The notes under the pieces were generated by a model that searched no databases, had not been told where the DNA came from, and saw nothing but the letters and a program-made list of their open reading frames with translations. A DNA stretch of 32,000 bases from Edaphobacter aggregans (lineage in GTDB: Bacteria; Acidobacteriota; Terriglobia; Terriglobales; Acidobacteriaceae): NCBI RefSeq assembly GCF_003945235.1, contig NZ_RSDW01000001.1:180001-212000 (forward strand), given 5' to 3'. This document shows, in pieces, positions 1-7,925 of the stretch. Made by a program: the position numbers and the translations under genes. Every line of letters begins with the position of its first letter. The first letter of the stretch is position 1.

Positions 1-1112
1 TGTTCGTACTCCAATGTGTTCTCAACGGCAATCGCTACCTGACAGGCCACCTGTTCGAGCAAGATGACGTCGTCTTTCGCAAAAACATTGTCCGAACGCC
101 TACAGAGCATCAGAACGCCAACCACGCGATCGCGGCCTATGAGCGGAAGATAGCACCCCGTCCTGAGGCCTTCCTCGATCACGCGCTCATAAAGAAGCCG
201 GCCGTCAGGATTCCCAAAGATTTCAGGATCGTCGCGGACCTGTTCGAAGCTATCGATCCGGATGCTCTTGCCTTTCCGCAATACCTGACCCGAGATCGAA
301 CTATTCATCGGCACCAACGATCCCTCACGGAAGGGTCCTTTCGCATCCGGATTGTGCAAGATAGTGACACGCAACGCGCCGCTCTCGGAGTCGGGTATCA
401 GCAGAGCGGACACGTCACATTGCATTACCCTGAATAGATTCGTCGACAGCGCCTCAACCATTTGCCGGAGATCCAACCTCGACGTGACGCTGCTTGTGAT
501 TTCCAGAAGCAATCGCAGCCGATCGCGTTCGCGCTGCAGTGCTTGTTCGTTCAGGTGGCGCTCAATCGCGATCCCAGTGATGTGGCTGGCATTCTCGATC
601 AACTGGAGTTCGTCGGTACTGGGCCTGCGTGGTTCACGATAGTTGATAGAAAATGTGCCGAGAGCTTTGCCTTCGCTCGTGAACAACGGGCGTGACCAAA
701 CTGAACGAATTCCATAAGGCAACATGCGGTTGCGATAGTGCTCCCAGATGGGATCGGTCAGGATGTCGGTTACATACACCGGTTCCTTCCGATAAATGGC
801 TGTGCCGCAAGATCCGCCTTTCGGACCAACAGCCATGGCTCCTACGTGAGCGATGAATCCAGGAAGGCTGGGCGCAGCGGCACAATGGAGTTCCTTTCCG
901 TCTTCGTCGGGAAGCCAAATCGTGCAAGACATGCCCTCGGCTTGCGATTCAACCAACTGAGCAATGTTCGCTAGAACCTCGGACAGAGGAGAGCCCGCAA
1001 AAATCAATCGTTGCAGGTTGAGGACAGACTCAGTCGAAAATAGCCCCAACTCGTGTTCCGACGGTGCGTCCCGCGATAGGACTTTTGCGGGAAACTGTAT
1101 TGCTCTCTCCAT
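1..1112 (-). CDS. GAF-GAF sensor protein, N-terminal part (probable FhlA-type sigma-54-dependent transcriptional activator); C-terminus lies outside the window
   Basis: Missing from the ORF track because it runs off the left edge. Reverse-strand ATG at 1112-1110. My translation starts MERAIQFPAKVLSRDAPSEHELGLFSTESVLNLQRLIFAGSPLSEVLANIAQLVESQAEGMSCTIWLPDEDGKELHCAAAPSLPGFIAHVGAMAVGPKGGSCGTAIYRKEPVYVTDILTDPIWEHYRNRMLPYGIRSVWSRPLF. A second GAF-like block follows (RLDLRQMVEALSTNLFRVMQCDVSALLIPD...CYLPLIGRDRVVGVLMLCRRSDNVFAKDDVILLEQVACQVAIAVENTLEYE). The frame stays open to position 1. The sigma-54 assignment is inferred from the tandem-GAF architecture only; the AAA+ domain is not visible. Confidence 0.75.
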   Translation of the reverse strand, partial: MERAIQFPAKVLSRDAPSEHELGLFSTESVLNLQRLIFAGSPLSEVLANIAQLVESQAEGMSCTIWLPDEDGKELHCAAAPSLPGFIAHVGAMAVGPKGGSCGTAIYRKEPVYVTDILTDPIWEHYRNRMLPYGIRSVWSRPLFTSEGKALGTFSINYREPRRPSTDELQLIENASHITGIAIERHLNEQALQRERDRLRLLLEITSSVTSRLDLRQMVEALSTNLFRVMQCDVSALLIPDSESGALRVTILHNPDAKGPFREGSLVPMNSSISGQVLRKGKSIRIDSFEQVRDDPEIFGNPDGRLLYERVIEEGLRTGCYLPLIGRDRVVGVLMLCRRSDNVFAKDDVILLEQVACQVAIAVENTLEYE

Positions 1113-1593
1113 GAATTATCCTTCCCGGTCCTAATTAGATTCGAGAAGTCGAGGTATGTCCTATCACAGGCCGACTTCATAGCGCCGATTCCGGGCCGCG
1201 TCAGACATTACTTTAAGCCGGAAAGGGGCGAAACTGCCACTGTTTAGATGAGCGAGTGAGCGGTGGAGGGGCTTTGCAGTTTGGTTTTGGGGCAGACCAG
1301 TTTTGAGATCGCTCGTGATCGAAACACAAATAAAGGAACTCACCCTGCCGAAGAGTCGGTACGTCGTCGAAGTGACCCCACCACAGATGCTTGTACCGCT
1401 GAACTGATGCGTCGTGGAATTGCGCCCCGGCAACGGGTAAATCGGAAGTTATGGCGGGCGACCGACTCTAACGGACGTTAGCCAGAAGTCGGCTTCGAGG
1501 AGATTACGATTGATCTCCTACAAGCCCTTTTCTGGATAGCTTCCGGTTAGTCGACCACTCGGGAACTCTGGTGCTGGGGAGCCTTCTACGGCA

Positions 1594-2154
1594 TCATGCG
1601 GACAAATCGCCTTGATTTGCCGGGGCAGCTGCAGTCTCGCGGCGGCCTTCCACCAGAAACACATGGAAATCCGTGGCCAGAGGCTCAACGTTGAGCTGCC
1701 GCATCATCAGTGCGATTTGACCTCGATGGTAGGTGGAATGGTTCGCCAGATGTTGCATCAAGTGCGCCAATCTGACTTGTGTTTCGCGAAAAGGCAGCAT
1801 TGTTTCCAAGGATTCGGTTGTTATACGATTCACGAACTCGGTTTTTTCCTCCTCGACTTCCGCCCACTTTAACTGCACCGCAGCGACGTTGGGAAATGCA
1901 TCCGGTTCGAACAGGGCGCCCCGTCTCGTTCTCAAATCAGTCATGAATGCGGGACTAGGGAACGGCTCCTTCCAATACGCAAGCCAAATCCATGCGCCTC
2001 CGATGATGTGCAAAAGCGTGTCCCGCACGGAACGGAAGCTGCCCCCCAAATCTCGCGTGAACTGCTCAGCGGTGAGCACGGAGACCGTTTGCAAGACCCT
2101 GTTGTTGGCCCAGTGGTCGTATTCGTAAAGCAGGTGGATGTCATCTTTAGTCAT
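1594..2154 (-). CDS. DinB-family (DinB/YfiT-like four-helix bundle) protein
   Basis: 186-aa ORF with ATG at 2154. N-terminus YEYDHWANNRVL and C-terminal HLANHSTYHRGQIALMMRQL are the characteristic DinB-family His-containing motifs. Confidence 0.85.
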   Translation of the reverse strand: MTKDDIHLLYEYDHWANNRVLQTVSVLTAEQFTRDLGGSFRSVRDTLLHIIGGAWIWLAYWKEPFPSPAFMTDLRTRRGALFEPDAFPNVAAVQLKWAEVEEEKTEFVNRITTESLETMLPFRETQVRLAHLMQHLANHSTYHRGQIALMMRQLNVEPLATDFHVFLVEGRRETAAAPANQGDLSA

Positions 2155-2347
2155 CGTGGTAGCAGGTGGCCGGCCTTCTTTTTGGGGAATTTTACGTTAC
2201 CCTCGGTGTTCTTCAAAACCGGAGACGAAGGTATTTCTGGTATCACAGGCAATCATTGTCGCTCTGGTTGGACTGGTGCTGAGACAACGGCAGGGGTCAT
2301 CTGTTGCAATCTGTGAGCGAAATGGCAGTGTTCGTAAGCTTCTATCT

Positions 2348-2381
2348 TCCTCCTACCTGCAGGAGGACAATGTCCTCCTGC
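2348..2381 (+). promoter_or_regulatory. TCCTCCT / AGGAGGA / TCCTCCT triple element; a Shine-Dalgarno-like box flanked by two anti-SD copies and overlapping an ATG
   Basis: TCCTCCT at 2348-2354, AGGAGGA at 2361-2367, ATG at 2370-2372, TCCTCCT at 2373-2379. GCAGGAGGACA/TGTCCTCCTGC (2359-2381) is a perfect 11-bp-arm palindrome around one central base. Confidence 0.3.
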
Positions 2382-2576
2382 TTTCACTCCGTCTTCGCGA
2401 TGAACACCTTAGGCGCTGGCCTGCTGAACGGTGCCATCGGCTGGACTATCATGTTGTTCACTCTGGTTACCGGACGAACTGATGGCATGCAGGCTTGGGC
2501 CATCATGAACTGCAAGGCATTGTGCGCCAGAACGAGGCAGACGTACCGCGACGTGAACGAGCTGAGATTGCCATGA
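2370..2576 (+). CDS. hypothetical small membrane protein (68 aa), speculative
   Basis: Internal ATG of track ORF 2304..2576, preceded by AGGAGG with unusually short 3-nt spacing. Contains one hydrophobic helix (LGAGLLNGAIGWTIMLFTLVTG). No recognisable family. Confidence 0.25.
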   Translation: MSSCFHSVFAMNTLGAGLLNGAIGWTIMLFTLVTGRTDGMQAWAIMNCKALCARTRQTYRDVNELRLP

Positions 2577-2677
2577 CTTTCTCCTAGGTTGTTGGGTGGG
2601 GGGACCTGAGCAGGACTCAGGCGCGCGATGCGACCCTTCTCGCGGGGGCAGAAAGGGTCGGTACATTAACGGGCCCG

Positions 2678-2905
2678 CTATTTTCTTTTGGAGTTCTCCG
2701 GCGAAAACGAAGAAACTGCTTGGACTGGCTGTTTGTATCTGCCGCGAACGGTAAAATCCTTCTCCAAGCCGGAAAGGCGCTTCATGGAGAAGAAGTCGAC
2801 GCCAAAGCGGTTGACGATCTTTTCTTTATCTACTTCGCAGAACAGCTCTTCACAGATCAGCCATGCGGCGGGGCGGTTGCAGAGCGAGCACTTGTGCACA
2901 CTCAT
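2678..2905 (-). CDS. hypothetical small Cys-rich protein (75 aa), possible zinc ribbon
   Basis: Internal ATG at 2905 of track ORF 2678..2983, with upstream AAGGAAC as a possible RBS. Sequence MSVHKCSLCNRPAAWLICEELFCE gives CxxC-x8-C-x4-C. Lies directly downstream of the SSAP gene on the same strand. Confidence 0.4.
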   Translation of the reverse strand: MSVHKCSLCNRPAAWLICEELFCEVDKEKIVNRFGVDFFSMKRLSGLEKDFTVRGRYKQPVQAVSSFSPENSKRK

Positions 2906-3008
2906 AAGGGTTCCTTGGTTGGGGTTAAGAGAAAGAGCCTGCGCTCCGGTAGAGTGCAGGCTCCGGTTTCGTATCTGCCTCAAAGGGCAGACCGAGGTAG
3001 GTTGAGGT

Positions 3009-3938
3009 TCAGGCAGCGACTCCTTGTGTCGCGTTTTGCAGGTCAGTGACGACTGCCTTCAAGACTTCGAACGATGAGATCTTGTCGATCGACTGGACCT
3101 TGTGCGCATCAAGCACGCCGTAAAAGACGTTCTCGTGCACGTCTTCAGCAAGAACGCGCACCCGCTGGATACCCCGTTCGATGGTCTCCAACTGTTTCAC
3201 CACCCAGTGTTGAGCATCCACGCTGGGCAGTTCACGCGCATTACGAGCGGGTCCACCACGACGAAATACCTCGAAGTAGAGAGCGTCGCCGACTCCCTGA
3301 CGAAAGCCCTCGATTCGCTGCGTCAGACCTACATCCAACCCAGAGGCAGCTGGCTTGGTTTTCTCGGTTGTCTTCGCTGTACTCGGCTGCGACCGCGCCG
3401 GGGCCGCCGACTCAGTCTTCGTCGGAACCACACCGGCTGGAAGCGCCCACTTGGGAAGAGTGGGAATACGAAGCGGATTGCCATAATCATCCAGATCAAC
3501 CCACATCTCGGCGAAGTCGTAGAAGTAACGACCAAGACCAAAGCAGCAGCAGGCGCGTTTAAATGCCTGGGCTTCCGCGCGGGTCATGGCATTATCGTCA
3601 TCCGCCCACATCTCACCGCTTCCGCTATGTGAACCAAGACCGTGAATCGTTACCACGCAGGTCACAATCACCTTGCCGGTCTGGATTGCGACGTTCTTTT
3701 TGGTACGGGTGACTGGCGAGAGCGTCGTCACGTTATAGACACGCGTCCAGCCAGCGGGGGTGAAGACTCCGTTGAGCCGGTCCGTGTAGGCGCGCTGGTC
3801 GCCGTACGGGATGACACAGCCTCGCTTCCCGTCTTTGCTCTTATTGGTGACGCGCCAGCTGATCGCGTCGGGATGGAAGGGGATGTTGAGTTTTTCGAGC
3901 AACTGCTGTTGCTGCTCGGCTGAGAATTCGTTCTGCAT
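3009..3938 (-). CDS. Rad52/Rad22-family single-strand annealing protein (phage-type recombinase) with a long C-terminal extension
   Basis: 309-aa ORF. The N-terminal core LNIPFHPDAISWRV...GKRGCVIPYGDQRAYTDRLNGVFTPAGWT...AEAQAFKRACCCFGLGRYFY matches the pattern I know from bacterial/phage Rad52-like SSAPs (ISWR...AY.D.R...RLD.V.G..GW ... A.S.A.KRA...FGIGRYLY). Assigned from memory of family motifs, not from a search. Confidence 0.7.
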   Translation of the reverse strand: MQNEFSAEQQQQLLEKLNIPFHPDAISWRVTNKSKDGKRGCVIPYGDQRAYTDRLNGVFTPAGWTRVYNVTTLSPVTRTKKNVAIQTGKVIVTCVVTIHGLGSHSGSGEMWADDDNAMTRAEAQAFKRACCCFGLGRYFYDFAEMWVDLDDYGNPLRIPTLPKWALPAGVVPTKTESAAPARSQPSTAKTTEKTKPAASGLDVGLTQRIEGFRQGVGDALYFEVFRRGGPARNARELPSVDAQHWVVKQLETIERGIQRVRVLAEDVHENVFYGVLDAHKVQSIDKISSFEVLKAVVTDLQNATQGVAA

Positions 3939-4005
3939 TGGAAATTCCTTTCATTGAAGTGATTGAGGAGAGACTCCTAATGAGCGCCCGATACTTTTCG
4001 GGCAA

Positions 4006-4031
4006 CGAAAAAGGCGCTCCTGAGAGCGCCT
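4006..4031 (-). terminator. rho-independent terminator downstream of ssb
   Basis: AGGCGCTC (4012-4019) / GAGCGCCT (4024-4031) forms a perfect 8-bp stem with a 4-nt loop. The top-strand A5 run at 4008-4012 gives a T-run after the stem on the minus strand. It lies 37 nt after the ssb stop. A second 6-bp hairpin (GCCCGA/TCGGGC) follows. Confidence 0.6.
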
Positions 4032-4067
4032 GCATTGCTGTACCGGACCTTCTCGAGCGAGAGTGGA

Positions 4068-4559
4068 CTAAAAGGGCACGTCTGCATCAGTGATGCCGAG
4101 ATCGCCGTAATCTTCGTGGCGCTGACTGTAGCCTTGCTTTCGGCTGTTAGAAGAACCGCTTCCCTTCCCTGCGTTGGCGCTATTCGAAATTGTTTGGGAC
4201 GCGCCGTTGCCGTTCTCGCGTTCCTGGCCGCCGCCAAGCAGTATCAGATCGCTAATCATAATCACGGTCTTGTACCGCTTCTGACCAGACTCTTTATCGT
4301 CCCAGGACTGGGTTTGCAGCTTTCCCTCGATGAGGATCTGCGATCCCTTTTTGACGTAATCGCGCACGACCTCCGCTGTCCGTTGGAAGGCGACGAGGTT
4401 GTGCCATTCGGTATGATCCACCCACTCATCGCCTTGCTTGTAGCGCTCGGAGGTTGCGAGAGATAGATTTGCGACGGCGGTGCCGCCCTGAGTGGCGCGG
4501 ATCTCAGGGTCTTTGCCAATGTGGCCGAGCAACGTGACTTTGTTTACTCCTTTGGGCAT
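4068..4559 (-). CDS. ssb: single-stranded DNA-binding protein
   Basis: Internal start MPKGVNKVTLLGHIGKDPEIR at 4559 (RBS AAGGAAAC upstream); the 68-codon upstream extension of the track ORF was rejected. OB-fold core (WHNLVAFQRTAEVVRDYVKKGSQILIEGKLQTQSWDD), Gly/Ser-rich linker and the canonical acidic tail ending DADVPF. Confidence 0.92.
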   Translation of the reverse strand: MPKGVNKVTLLGHIGKDPEIRATQGGTAVANLSLATSERYKQGDEWVDHTEWHNLVAFQRTAEVVRDYVKKGSQILIEGKLQTQSWDDKESGQKRYKTVIMISDLILLGGGQERENGNGASQTISNSANAGKGSGSSNSRKQGYSQRHEDYGDLGITDADVPF

Positions 4560-4977
4560 GTTGTTTCCTTTTTTGTGCGATTTGCCTGCTTTCTTACTGC
4601 GCGGCGATGTCGTCCCCGCGATTCCAAATTTCGTTGAAGTTGCGATCGAAGCCGCGATCTGGCTCGGATCCCTCGTGATGGTCACATCGTTTCTTGGTGG
4701 CACGCCGCCGACACCGACCAGTCTCTGAGCCGCAATTCGGCGCAAGCGCGCCAAACATAACACCAGGAATAAGCGCGTTGACTCTAACGCGGGAAAGTTA
4801 TGCTAGCGCAGGCTTTCATAGCCTATTCGACTTGATTGAAGCTGACGACTCAGGCAATGCAGAGCCTGATCGCTATGCATTTGTCGGTTATGAGAGAGGC
4901 CGTCGGGGCGAAAACGCGCTTCTGCATCCTTGAATGCCTTTTAAGCAAGGCTTAGATTTGCATAAACTATCGTTGGA

Positions 4978-5376
4978 CTAAGTCAGTAGCTTTGCTTGCT
5001 GTCCCTGTTTAGCAATCAGTGAGACAGCCTTCTTATCAAAGGAAACGAAGGTCTCGCCACCCAGCCAATTGCCCTCATAGGCGATCAGGCCGTCGGCGAA
5101 GTCTCCGCTTTGATTGAGAATCGCCAAGCCCGCATCCGCAGCTAGACGATTGACGGCGACATTGCTGGCATTGAGCAATGCTTCGATTGCCGCGGAAATG
5201 TCCTGGTCCCCGAAGTTGTAAACCCGACGCAGAACCCAAACAAATTCGCATAGGCACGGCAGGGGAACTGCAATGAGTTCGGCTTCCTTGAGAAGCTTCG
5301 CTGCAGCCCGCGCCTGTCTTTTATCGTCGCGCACCACCGCACGGACAAGTATGTTTGTATCGACCGTAATTTTCAT
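4978..5376 (-). CDS. vapC: type II toxin VapC (PIN-domain ribonuclease)
   Basis: Start MKITVDTNILVRAVVRDD at 5376 shows the PIN N-terminal acidic motif. Its ATG overlaps the upstream antitoxin stop as ATGA (5373-5376). Confidence 0.88.
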   Translation of the reverse strand: MKITVDTNILVRAVVRDDKRQARAAAKLLKEAELIAVPLPCLCEFVWVLRRVYNFGDQDISAAIEALLNASNVAVNRLAADAGLAILNQSGDFADGLIAYEGNWLGGETFVSFDKKAVSLIAKQGQQAKLLT

Positions 5377-5624
5377 TTCCGTCCGGCCCAACCGGCCGCT
5401 GCAGCCTCATTGATCTCGTCCAGCGTCGCAACCTTCTTGGTCTTGCCTCCAAGCAGACCAAGGAAGTTGTCTATCTTTCCAGAAGGCCGCATCGCCTTGA
5501 GCGACACTCGTCCATCTGGCAGCTTATCCAATTCGATTCTCTCTCCGGGACCGATGCCGAGATGTTGCAGCACATCTTTACGGAACGTGACTTGCCCCCG
5601 GGCGGTGACTGTCAAAGTGGCCAT
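5373..5624 (-). CDS. vapB: type II antitoxin VapB (AbrB/SpoVT/MazE-fold)
   Basis: Start MATLTVTARGQVTFRKDVLQHLGIGPGERIEL at 5624 is a typical SpoVT-AbrB swapped-hairpin N-terminus. There is a 4-nt translational overlap with vapC. Confidence 0.85.
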   Translation of the reverse strand: MATLTVTARGQVTFRKDVLQHLGIGPGERIELDKLPDGRVSLKAMRPSGKIDNFLGLLGGKTKKVATLDEINEAAAAGWAGRK

Positions 5625-5645
5625 GGCTAGAATCCTCAAACACCA

Positions 5646-5674
5646 AATTACATGGTAATGCAAAAGTGCATTAC
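5646..5674 (-). promoter_or_regulatory. probable vapBC operator (overlapping palindromes)
   Basis: GTAATGCA (5655-5662) aaag TGCATTAC (5667-5674) is a perfect inverted repeat. An additional ATTAC/GTAAT pair lies at 5647-5659. The site sits 22-50 nt upstream of the vapB start. Confidence 0.45.
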
Positions 5675-5750
5675 AAACAATCCGATGGTCCTAGGGGCTA
5701 TATCCAGAACAAACGATAACCGTCATCAGGCTAGCTATTGCACGGCTGGG

Positions 5751-6392
5751 CTAGACTCCCACTTCTGAAAAGCTCTGCTTCAGGTAACAAGGCCGCGCCC
5801 CCATCTCGAGCAGGTGGGAGTGCTTGCACCCGACGCAGCATACTGCTTCCGTTACTTTCAGAAGCGCATCGAGCACGGTGGCCGGCGGAAGCTCTTCTTC
5901 CCCATTCTTCTTGAAGAAGCGGGGCCGGGCGCCGCCGCGAAAAGCAGAGTCCTTGCCCCATAGCTCGGTCGTGAGAGTTCCGGCCCGGCGAAAGAAGACG
6001 ATCTTGCTTTCAATCTGTGGACGCGTGTCCTGGTGAGGGGAAAGAGTGTGCCGGGTGATCAACACATCATAGGTGTTCTCGTAGCGAAACATCTCCAAAC
6101 GACATAGTTCCGGAGTGATGATTACCACGTGGACTCCATTGGGCATGAAGTTCTGGATACGCTGCGTACAGGGAAGAGGCTGACCGTCTGCACCAGTGAA
6201 CCCGACGTAGTGTCCGATGCTCGCGACTGCCCCGCCTGCTTCCTCGCCGCGCAGCGCCCATCGTCGGGACTGTTGCTGGTAGACCAGCTGAATGGTGGCG
6301 CGGCAGTAGATACCTGTCTTCCGTATCTCCTTCCGCGTCGGTTCGGGCAAGGTCAGGCCGCGCAGGGCCATGGTCGCGAGCTTCGTGTCCAT
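5751..6392 (-). CDS. hypothetical protein (213 aa), no recognisable family
   Basis: Chosen start MDTKLATMALRG at 6392, 17 nt after the prim-pol stop; the track start at 6437 would overlap prim-pol. C-terminal CCVGCKHSH Cys/His cluster. No Walker A motif seen. Confidence 0.5.
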   Translation of the reverse strand: MDTKLATMALRGLTLPEPTRKEIRKTGIYCRATIQLVYQQQSRRWALRGEEAGGAVASIGHYVGFTGADGQPLPCTQRIQNFMPNGVHVVIITPELCRLEMFRYENTYDVLITRHTLSPHQDTRPQIESKIVFFRRAGTLTTELWGKDSAFRGGARPRFFKKNGEEELPPATVLDALLKVTEAVCCVGCKHSHLLEMGARPCYLKQSFSEVGV

Positions 6393-6408
6393 TGTGATCT
6401 CCTTGTGT

Positions 6409-7416
6409 TTACAGCGAGCGTTGACGAATCGGGACACCGAGAGCCTCCCGAATCATTTCTTTCGTGCATCCTGCCCAGCACTTGTAGAAACGTGGATCTC
6501 CGACCGAGATGGCGAGGTTATCTCCGCTCCGGTCGTGACCTTGCCGGGCGCAGGAAGGACATCGTGTCCACCAGTTTTTGCTTGCCTTCCTCTTGACCTG
6601 GACGTGTTCAAGAATCTGAAACCCATTTGCGGAATCGAATGAGACGGTTGGTTGCTCGCCCTTGAACCGCGACTGAAACCCCTCGGGGATGGTGAGTCCT
6701 TCGGTGAACGTCGTCAACTCTGCCGCCGTGAGTCGTTTGAGACTACGCAGGTAAGCGAACTGGGAAACCAGGTCCGGCGCAGCCTCCTCAAACCAGTAGC
6801 GATGCATATTGGCCCGATGCACACCGAGCGGGGCTCGGATGGCGTTACCGAACTCCCCTTCGCGCAATTCGTCCTGCCGGGGGAAGATCTCGATTCCGTC
6901 CAACTGATTGAAGGTCCCTTTGATCGGAACGCCAAGCCGGAGCGCAAGATTGTATATATAGATACGGCAATCTTTCGCCGGCAGGGGTTTCTCGCACAGG
7001 ATCCAGAGATGAGCTCCCCGGCGGGACATCTCGGGGGCGGCCTCTACTCCGTCTTCCTTGAGTTCCAGCTTCAGCGCGGCTAGGTCACGATGTGCCCGCG
7101 AATAATCCGCGTCGATTGCCACCCACTTTGAGCATTGCGTCTCAGGATTGATGGCGTACAGGCCGATGGTCTGGATCCCGCTGAGGTGCTTCCGCACTGT
7201 GGCGTCATTCACCGCAAGGCGCGTCCGCGTCAGCCGTTCCTTTGGCTGGTAATAGTAGTAGCGCCCGTTATCGGGATTGGGATTGTCGGATTGGCGGGTG
7301 TAGGCCTTTCGGTTCACAAACCACGTCATGTACTTGGGAACCAACGCCGGATCAACACGCAGAATCTCGGGAGTCGGTCTGGGCGGAATCCAGGGTGTCG
7401 ATGTGGCGGCTGTCAT
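6409..7416 (-). CDS. archaeo-eukaryotic-primase-type primase-polymerase (prim-pol) with C-terminal 4-Cys zinc ribbon; no helicase domain
   Basis: Start MTAATSTPWIPP at 7416 with a strong RBS (AAAGGAGCAAACC ATG). AEP-like motifs: WVAIDADY (DxD), SRRGAHLWIL (sGxH) and FGNAIRAPLGVHR. The C-terminus reads WWTRCPSCARQGHDRSGDNLAISVGDPRFYKCWAGC. 335 aa. Confidence 0.7.
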   Translation of the reverse strand: MTAATSTPWIPPRPTPEILRVDPALVPKYMTWFVNRKAYTRQSDNPNPDNGRYYYYQPKERLTRTRLAVNDATVRKHLSGIQTIGLYAINPETQCSKWVAIDADYSRAHRDLAALKLELKEDGVEAAPEMSRRGAHLWILCEKPLPAKDCRIYIYNLALRLGVPIKGTFNQLDGIEIFPRQDELREGEFGNAIRAPLGVHRANMHRYWFEEAAPDLVSQFAYLRSLKRLTAAELTTFTEGLTIPEGFQSRFKGEQPTVSFDSANGFQILEHVQVKRKASKNWWTRCPSCARQGHDRSGDNLAISVGDPRFYKCWAGCTKEMIREALGVPIRQRSL

Positions 7417-7538
7417 GGTTTGCTCCTTTCGCAGAGTGTTTTTAAGGTGGATTTGAAATTCAGTCAAATGGGAGAAAAACTCTTCGTTTAGAAGGGTCTT
7501 TCTCCCGTGACCAAGACCGGAAATGGAGTCTCGGATAC

Positions 7539-7925
7539 TCAGGCGTGCCCCACCCGGACCAGACGATGGCTTCCCAGGTCGACCCACTTCAGAAGCCGGT
7601 ACGCCCACACAGCGCGGTCGAAGTCCGGGCCGTTCAGGTCGTCGTCCCTGTCGAACCGGAGCCAGAGGAAGACGCGAAGCGATTCGTTGTAGACATAGAT
7701 CGCTCCCGTATTCGGCCGCTTGGGAATACTTTGTAGGAAGATCATGCCACCTTCGGTCTTGATCAGGCGTTCCGCTCGGGCATCCCTGGCCTTGAGGAAG
7801 GTGGCAAGAACCTCCCAGCGCGAGGACTCCGGGGTGATTCCGGGGAGCTGGTCGTTGGAGAAGAGGTAGTCGATACGGAGCCGGCCGAGCAGCTCCCGTT
7901 TGGAGTAGCGACGTTGCGTATGCAT
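7539..7925 (-). CDS. hypothetical protein (128 aa), no recognisable family
   Basis: Part of track ORF 7539..7976. The start is ambiguous: ATG at 7925 (MHTQRRYSKREL) or the track start at 7976. Co-oriented with prim-pol and separated from it by 122 nt containing an imperfect long hairpin (GGGAGAAA...TTTCTCCC, about 7468-7508). Confidence 0.4.
   Translation of the reverse strand: MHTQRRYSKRELLGRLRIDYLFSNDQLPGITPESSRWEVLATFLKARDARAERLIKTEGGMIFLQSIPKRPNTGAIYVYNESLRVFLWLRFDRDDDLNGPDFDRAVWAYRLLKWVDLGSHRLVRVGHA

Noticed and set aside
1113-1593. ORFs 1164..1433 (-) and 1263..1481 (+) in the 480-bp gap between the GAF regulator and DinB
   Set aside because: The two overlap each other on opposite strands. 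Their composition is atypical, and neither has an RBS or recognisable motifs. I treat the region as non-coding (promoter/5-prime UTR of the regulator gene). The hairpin AGGAGAT/ATCTCCT near 1499-1520 lacks a T-run.
4560-4763. The 68-codon N-terminal extension of the SSB ORF (track start at 4763)
   Set aside because: SSB homology begins exactly at the internal MPKGVNKVTLLGH, which has an RBS. The extension is Arg/Ala/Gly-rich and unlike SSB N-termini.
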